Part shown: piece by piece, positions 31,780-35,753 of the stretch | How the letters are laid out: each line of letters opens with the position of its first letter | Position numbering within the stretch: the first letter of the stretch is position 1 | IMG/VR virus record: IMGVR_UViG_3300031578_000173 | Span: 1 to 35,753 of that record | Source: a virus | Taxonomy: Duplodnaviria; Caudoviricetes | Direction: 5' to 3' (one strand) | Length of the DNA stretch: 35,753 nucleotides | The notes under the pieces: generated by a model | Seen by the model: the letters and a program-made list of their open reading frames with translations, nothing else | What the model was told of the DNA's origin: nothing | The model's database searches: none | Made by a program: the position numbers and the translations under genes

Positions 31780-33741
31780 ATGGGCCGATCGATCTTCAGA
31801 CAAGAAACTCAAATCCGCAAGTCGGACACGTATGACGACACCGTCGTACCGAGTCTGGCGAACTACGAAACCAATCCGGCAGACCTGGAGGACGATCTCA
31901 ATACACTGAGGTCGGCAGTCCAGAACATGATCAACCGTTCTGGGGCGTCGTTCCCGTCCGGGAACTGGTATGACGACCTCACGGCGCCGTCGACATTTGA
32001 GAACGGCACGCAGCGTGGTGTGGATGCGGTCAACTCCGACCTCCATGACCTGGAGCGCAAGCGCGTTCTCGTGACGGCCTACAACCTCGAGGACATCACG
32101 GTCCCCAGCGATGTCGAGGCGACCGGAACTCTCACGGCTTCGTCCAACTTCGGCAACGGTGAAACCGTCACCATCGACACGAAGGTTTACACCTTCGAGA
32201 CGTCACTCACCAACGTCGATGGTAATGTGCAGATCGGTGGCACCCTGACCGCCTCCCTGCTGAACCTCCTGAACGCCATCAACCTCACGGGTACTCCGGG
32301 TACGGACTACGCCGCCCTGATGACCATCCACCCGACGGTCACTTCCACAGCGTCCGATGCCACGACCCTCTCGGCCGAGGCGAAGCTGGGTGGTACCCAG
32401 GGTAACCTGATCGCCACGACAGCCTCCGGTGGAGCTTCTTCCGCTGCGTGGGGTGCTGCAACCCTGACGGGTGGTGCTGGTGATGCTGTGATTCTCGCCC
32501 TCAGCGAGATTCCCACGCAGACCACCGCGGCCATCGGTGCGGTCACGACGCTGGGCACGGTCGCAGCCTACAACGCTCTCTTCGGCAACGTCTCTCTGGC
32601 CCTAGTCGCTGGCACGAACGCCCTGACGCCCAAGAACCTGGGCTACATCGAGGACACCACGACGCACGACCCAATCCTCTCTGGTGGTCGCATCGTCTAC
32701 GTCCTCTTCCAGACGGAGTCGAACACCGATGGCAGCACGATGTCGGGTACCACCCCGAATCGTGCCCAGCTCTCGTTCGTCCGCATCAACACGGGCGGCA
32801 CCGCCCTGGAGTTTGTACCCAGCACTGACATCGCCGGGTTGACGGTCCACTACTCGTCCAACGCCCGCAAGGGCCTCGACGATCTCAACGAGCAGGATTT
32901 CCTGCGTGGTGCCGTGATCGACATCCCCGCTTCCGTGACGGTCACTCGTCAGATCGGTTACGACAACCAGGGAACGTCTCCGGTTGATCTCATCACCAAC
33001 GCGATCTTGGATCTCGAGGGTGCTGGGCTCGTATGGAAGATTCGTGACGATCTCCAGGCGGACTTGTTCGTCATCACTGAGGGTTCCGCTGGCGGAACCA
33101 GCGTGATCCAGATCGGTGGCGACGTGGACACGTTCGACGTGAACGCTGTCGTCAACGACTTCCTCAATGGTGCCAGCTTCGACTCAGGTGCGGCTGGCAC
33201 GAAGATCAACGTCGGCGTGACTGCCAACCAGATCGACAGTGGTGGGACTCTAGATCTCGTCACTGCGGCAGCGTCACAGCTGAAGTTGGCGTCCGGTGGT
33301 CGACTGGCCTTCACGGACACCTACGAGCCTGCGGGTTGGTCCCTTGACGGAATCGCCCTGTCGGATTCGGCCCAAGAATGGACCGACTTCGAAACGGCGT
33401 TTGGTGAGGTTTCTATCCTCAACGCCATCAAGAAGGCCTACGAGTCGGCTCATCGTCGTCGTGTGTTCTCGGTGGTGACGGCAGCCAACATCGCGGCCAA
33501 CAACAATGCGTCGGGCCCGTCCGACGACAACAATCTGGATACCGATCTCGGTGACCTGTCGGGTGGGACGTTCGTGGATGACTACGACGTGTACCTGAAC
33601 GGTCAGCTCCTGCGTCCTGGTGTGGATGCCGCAGCGAACAACGACTACTACCCGGGGACCGCTCTGGCCAACGGGCAGCTCAAGTTCGAGTTCGTTCTGA
33701 AGATCAACGATCAACTCTGCGTGGTGGATCACGTAGCGTAG
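31780..33741 (+). CDS. putative virion structural/fibre protein
   Basis: 653 aa, T/A/G/D-rich, strong codon bias, C-terminal DVYLNGQLL...NDYY module. AAGGAG RBS. Confidence 0.75.
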   Translation: MGRSIFRQETQIRKSDTYDDTVVPSLANYETNPADLEDDLNTLRSAVQNMINRSGASFPSGNWYDDLTAPSTFENGTQRGVDAVNSDLHDLERKRVLVTAYNLEDITVPSDVEATGTLTASSNFGNGETVTIDTKVYTFETSLTNVDGNVQIGGTLTASLLNLLNAINLTGTPGTDYAALMTIHPTVTSTASDATTLSAEAKLGGTQGNLIATTASGGASSAAWGAATLTGGAGDAVILALSEIPTQTTAAIGAVTTLGTVAAYNALFGNVSLALVAGTNALTPKNLGYIEDTTTHDPILSGGRIVYVLFQTESNTDGSTMSGTTPNRAQLSFVRINTGGTALEFVPSTDIAGLTVHYSSNARKGLDDLNEQDFLRGAVIDIPASVTVTRQIGYDNQGTSPVDLITNAILDLEGAGLVWKIRDDLQADLFVITEGSAGGTSVIQIGGDVDTFDVNAVVNDFLNGASFDSGAAGTKINVGVTANQIDSGGTLDLVTAAASQLKLASGGRLAFTDTYEPAGWSLDGIALSDSAQEWTDFETAFGEVSILNAIKKAYESAHRRRVFSVVTAANIAANNNASGPSDDNNLDTDLGDLSGGTFVDDYDVYLNGQLLRPGVDAAANNDYYPGTALANGQLKFEFVLKINDQLCVVDHVA

Positions 33742-33747
33742 TGACCC

Positions 33748-33786
33748 GTAGGGAGGGGGAGATCGCTCTCCCCCTCCCTCTCCTAC
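33748..33786 (+). terminator. GC-rich stem-loop (no U-tract): terminator or mRNA-stabilising hairpin
   Basis: GGGAGGGGGAGA-TCGC-TCTCCCCCTCCC perfect 12-bp stem after the 653-aa gene. Confidence 0.6.
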
Positions 33787-33799
33787 TGTGAGGTGAGCT

Positions 33800-34366
33800 G
33801 TGAATCTGGCGGACAAGATTGGGTTGAAGAAGGATGTTTTGTTGTCGGTGGGGGTCAAGGTGGAGGAGTTGTTGGAGGGAGCTGAACAGCAGTGTCATGA
33901 GGCGCGTGGAGGGAAGAAGGCTCTTCGAGCCCACATCAAAAACCTGATGGGGATCATTGTAGCCACTGATGAAGATGTTGGTAAGTCGATCCCAGATCTG
34001 GAGACACTGAGTATTGTCAAGGCGTGGTTGTCCAAGATGGTGATATCGACGGAAAACGCATCGAAGCATCTGGAGAATGTAGAGATCCAGATGGCAGGGG
34101 AGGTGGCTGGGCATCGTGGGACGCATGACATGATCCAGAAGATGATGGGGGACGCGGATCGGAAACTGGGAGAAGTGGAGGCGGCGGTGAAGGCTGGGAC
34201 AGCCACTGTAAACCGGGATGGGACGGTGGAAGCGGCTCCGGGGGAGCGTCGTCCTGCCGGAGTACGACCGGGGATGTCAATCAAAGATCAGCGTCTTGCT
34301 GAGGAGGCTCAGGCCGTAGAAGCGGGAAAGAAGAAACCAGTACGTCGCAGGAAGGCGAAGAAGTAG
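33800..34366 (+). CDS. helical/coiled-coil hypothetical protein
   Basis: 188 aa, GTG start with GAGGTG, basic C-terminus. Confidence 0.7.
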   Translation: MNLADKIGLKKDVLLSVGVKVEELLEGAEQQCHEARGGKKALRAHIKNLMGIIVATDEDVGKSIPDLETLSIVKAWLSKMVISTENASKHLENVEIQMAGEVAGHRGTHDMIQKMMGDADRKLGEVEAAVKAGTATVNRDGTVEAAPGERRPAGVRPGMSIKDQRLAEEAQAVEAGKKKPVRRRKAKK

Positions 34367-34846
34367 ATGCCCCTGACCCCCGATCGTTCGCCAGGTCCTC
34401 GTCAAGAGGAGAAGCTGACCCTATCAAATGATGGGTACACAGCTGACTCCCCAGGGGACATGGTGTTCGATGGGACGTCGTTCAAGTTTCGGGATACGAC
34501 AGGAGAATTTGATCCTAGGACTGGGGGTACAGGCCTCACAGAGGCTGCTCACAAAGTTCTGCGCCAGCTCATTCATTTCATTGATGATGGACCTGCTGAG
34601 GGATTCGCTTCAGGAGCTTATCGCGAAGTTGCAGGTACTGTGTTTCCCACTGCGATCGTGTGGTGGGAATCTTCTTCTAAGCTAAAGAAGATCGTTGAGA
34701 GATTGATAACCTGGACAGGCGTCAACCCAACTACTGATCAGTGGAAAGTCTACGCCACCGATGGTAGCACGGTGCTAGCAACAGTGACGGACGCGATCAG
34801 TTACAGTGGGATCTTTGAGACGAGTCGCACAAGGACGATCGCCTGA
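34367..34846 (+). CDS. putative virion protein
   Basis: 159 aa, abuts both neighbours (TAGATG, TGATG). Confidence 0.7.
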   Translation: MPLTPDRSPGPRQEEKLTLSNDGYTADSPGDMVFDGTSFKFRDTTGEFDPRTGGTGLTEAAHKVLRQLIHFIDDGPAEGFASGAYREVAGTVFPTAIVWWESSSKLKKIVERLITWTGVNPTTDQWKVYATDGSTVLATVTDAISYSGIFETSRTRTIA

Positions 34847-35753
34847 TGGGCCTCTCTCCAGCAGCCATCCTGTACGACCTTGCCGGGAATGCTATCAAGA
34901 GCGTTCAGGATGGTGCTGACTATCTTCTGGGCGTAGCAGCGAAGATCCGCAACGCTGCCGGTACTGTCGTCAACCCCGCCACAGAGGACACGCTCGCAGG
35001 GGTAGCAACCGAGACGAAGCTCGAAGCTGTCCGTGCCCTCCTGGCCACCATCGATGCTGACACGGGCCACCTCAACGTAGACCTGTCCACCATCGCTACG
35101 GAGACGAAGCTCGAAGCAGTCCGCGCTCTCCTGGCTACCATCGACGCCGACACCTCGAACCTGGACGTAGCCCTATCGACGAGGGCCACCGAAGCCACGT
35201 TGGCCACGGCCGATGGCCGCCTCACCACGATCGATGCTGTTTTGGATTCCATCAAGGACACAGATGGCATCAAGAAGATTGTCGATGCGCTTCCGATCGG
35301 TGACAACATCATCGGTCGCGTGAAGGTGACGGACGGCTCGTCCGTTGCAGCCGTACAGACGATCGATGGTGTGGAGCACCTGGCTGCTGGCAAGGCAAAC
35401 ATCCTCGACGCCAGCAACAGCTCCGTGGCGCAGCTTGCGCCAGCTGCCGAGTTCGCACCGAGCGGGACCGACGTTTCGCAATTCGCATCCGTGGCTATCA
35501 CCGTCCATTCAGACAAGGACAGCGCCGTCGATGGGATGGCCTTCGAGTTCAGCCAGGACGGGACGAATTGGGATGACGTGTACCCGTTCAACTTGGCTGC
35601 CGCTTCCTCGCAGACGAGGCGTTTCCAGTTTCCGGTGTGTGCCAGGTACTTCCGCGTTCACTACACCAACGGTGCCACGCTGACCACGCAGTTCAGGGTG
35701 CAGACGATCCTTCAACGGAACAACATACTGACCTCGATCCATCGCATCGAGGA
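34846..35753 (+). CDS. putative fibre/whisker protein (3'-truncated) with 30-aa repeats
   Basis: Own translation MGLSPAAILYDLAGNAIKSVQDG... is open to the window end and ends in a FSQDGTNWD...ARYFRVHYTNG beta domain. Absent from the ORF track because it has no stop. Confidence 0.8.
   Translation, partial: MGLSPAAILYDLAGNAIKSVQDGADYLLGVAAKIRNAAGTVVNPATEDTLAGVATETKLEAVRALLATIDADTGHLNVDLSTIATETKLEAVRALLATIDADTSNLDVALSTRATEATLATADGRLTTIDAVLDSIKDTDGIKKIVDALPIGDNIIGRVKVTDGSSVAAVQTIDGVEHLAAGKANILDASNSSVAQLAPAAEFAPSGTDVSQFASVAITVHSDKDSAVDGMAFEFSQDGTNWDDVYPFNLAAASSQTRRFQFPVCARYFRVHYTNGATLTTQFRVQTILQRNNILTSIHRIE
35005..35202 (+). repeat. 90-bp-period coding repeat (ATETKLEAVRALLATIDADT...)
   Basis: Units at 35005 and 35095, partial unit at 35185; synonymous differences between copies. 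Confidence 0.9.

Noticed and set aside
34920-35742. Tracked minus-strand and alternative-frame ORFs at the right end
   Set aside because: Explained as shadows of the untracked plus-strand ORF starting at 34846.
1-35753. Alternative genetic code or stop-codon readthrough
   Set aside because: Genes tile densely under the standard code, with TAA, TAG and TGA all used as stops at gene junctions.

Overview
A fragment of a large, high-GC tailed phage genome, probably a myovirus. The left arm (1-6350, minus strand) is a run of small accessory genes, including a YkgJ-type Cys-cluster protein, a KhpA-like KH RNA-binding protein, a GIY-YIG/T5orf172 protein, a winged-HTH protein and a MazG-like pyrophosphohydrolase. 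After a divergent intergenic region at about 6350-6770, all genes run on the plus strand. First come a metallophosphoesterase, small Zn-finger and membrane proteins and a cupin. Then comes an unusually expanded head module: ParB-N protein, portal, about 11 kb of disordered or multidomain proteins (including a MuF/gp7-like protein and a 1508-aa polyvalent protein with sigma-region-2-like, topoisomerase-IB-like and inorganic-pyrophosphatase-like segments), prohead protease, scaffold and an SPO1/Twort(Herelleviridae)-type major capsid protein. Virion decoration/fibre genes follow and run off the window. The strongest unexplained pattern is a hydrophobic-x-K-[S/A/G] motif. It is dense throughout the head-module proteins and falls on domain boundaries, which suggests a protease-processed, capsid-packaged polyprotein cargo system. 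No terminase, tRNA, rRNA or CRISPR array was recognised. All family calls come from motif recognition by eye, not from database searches.
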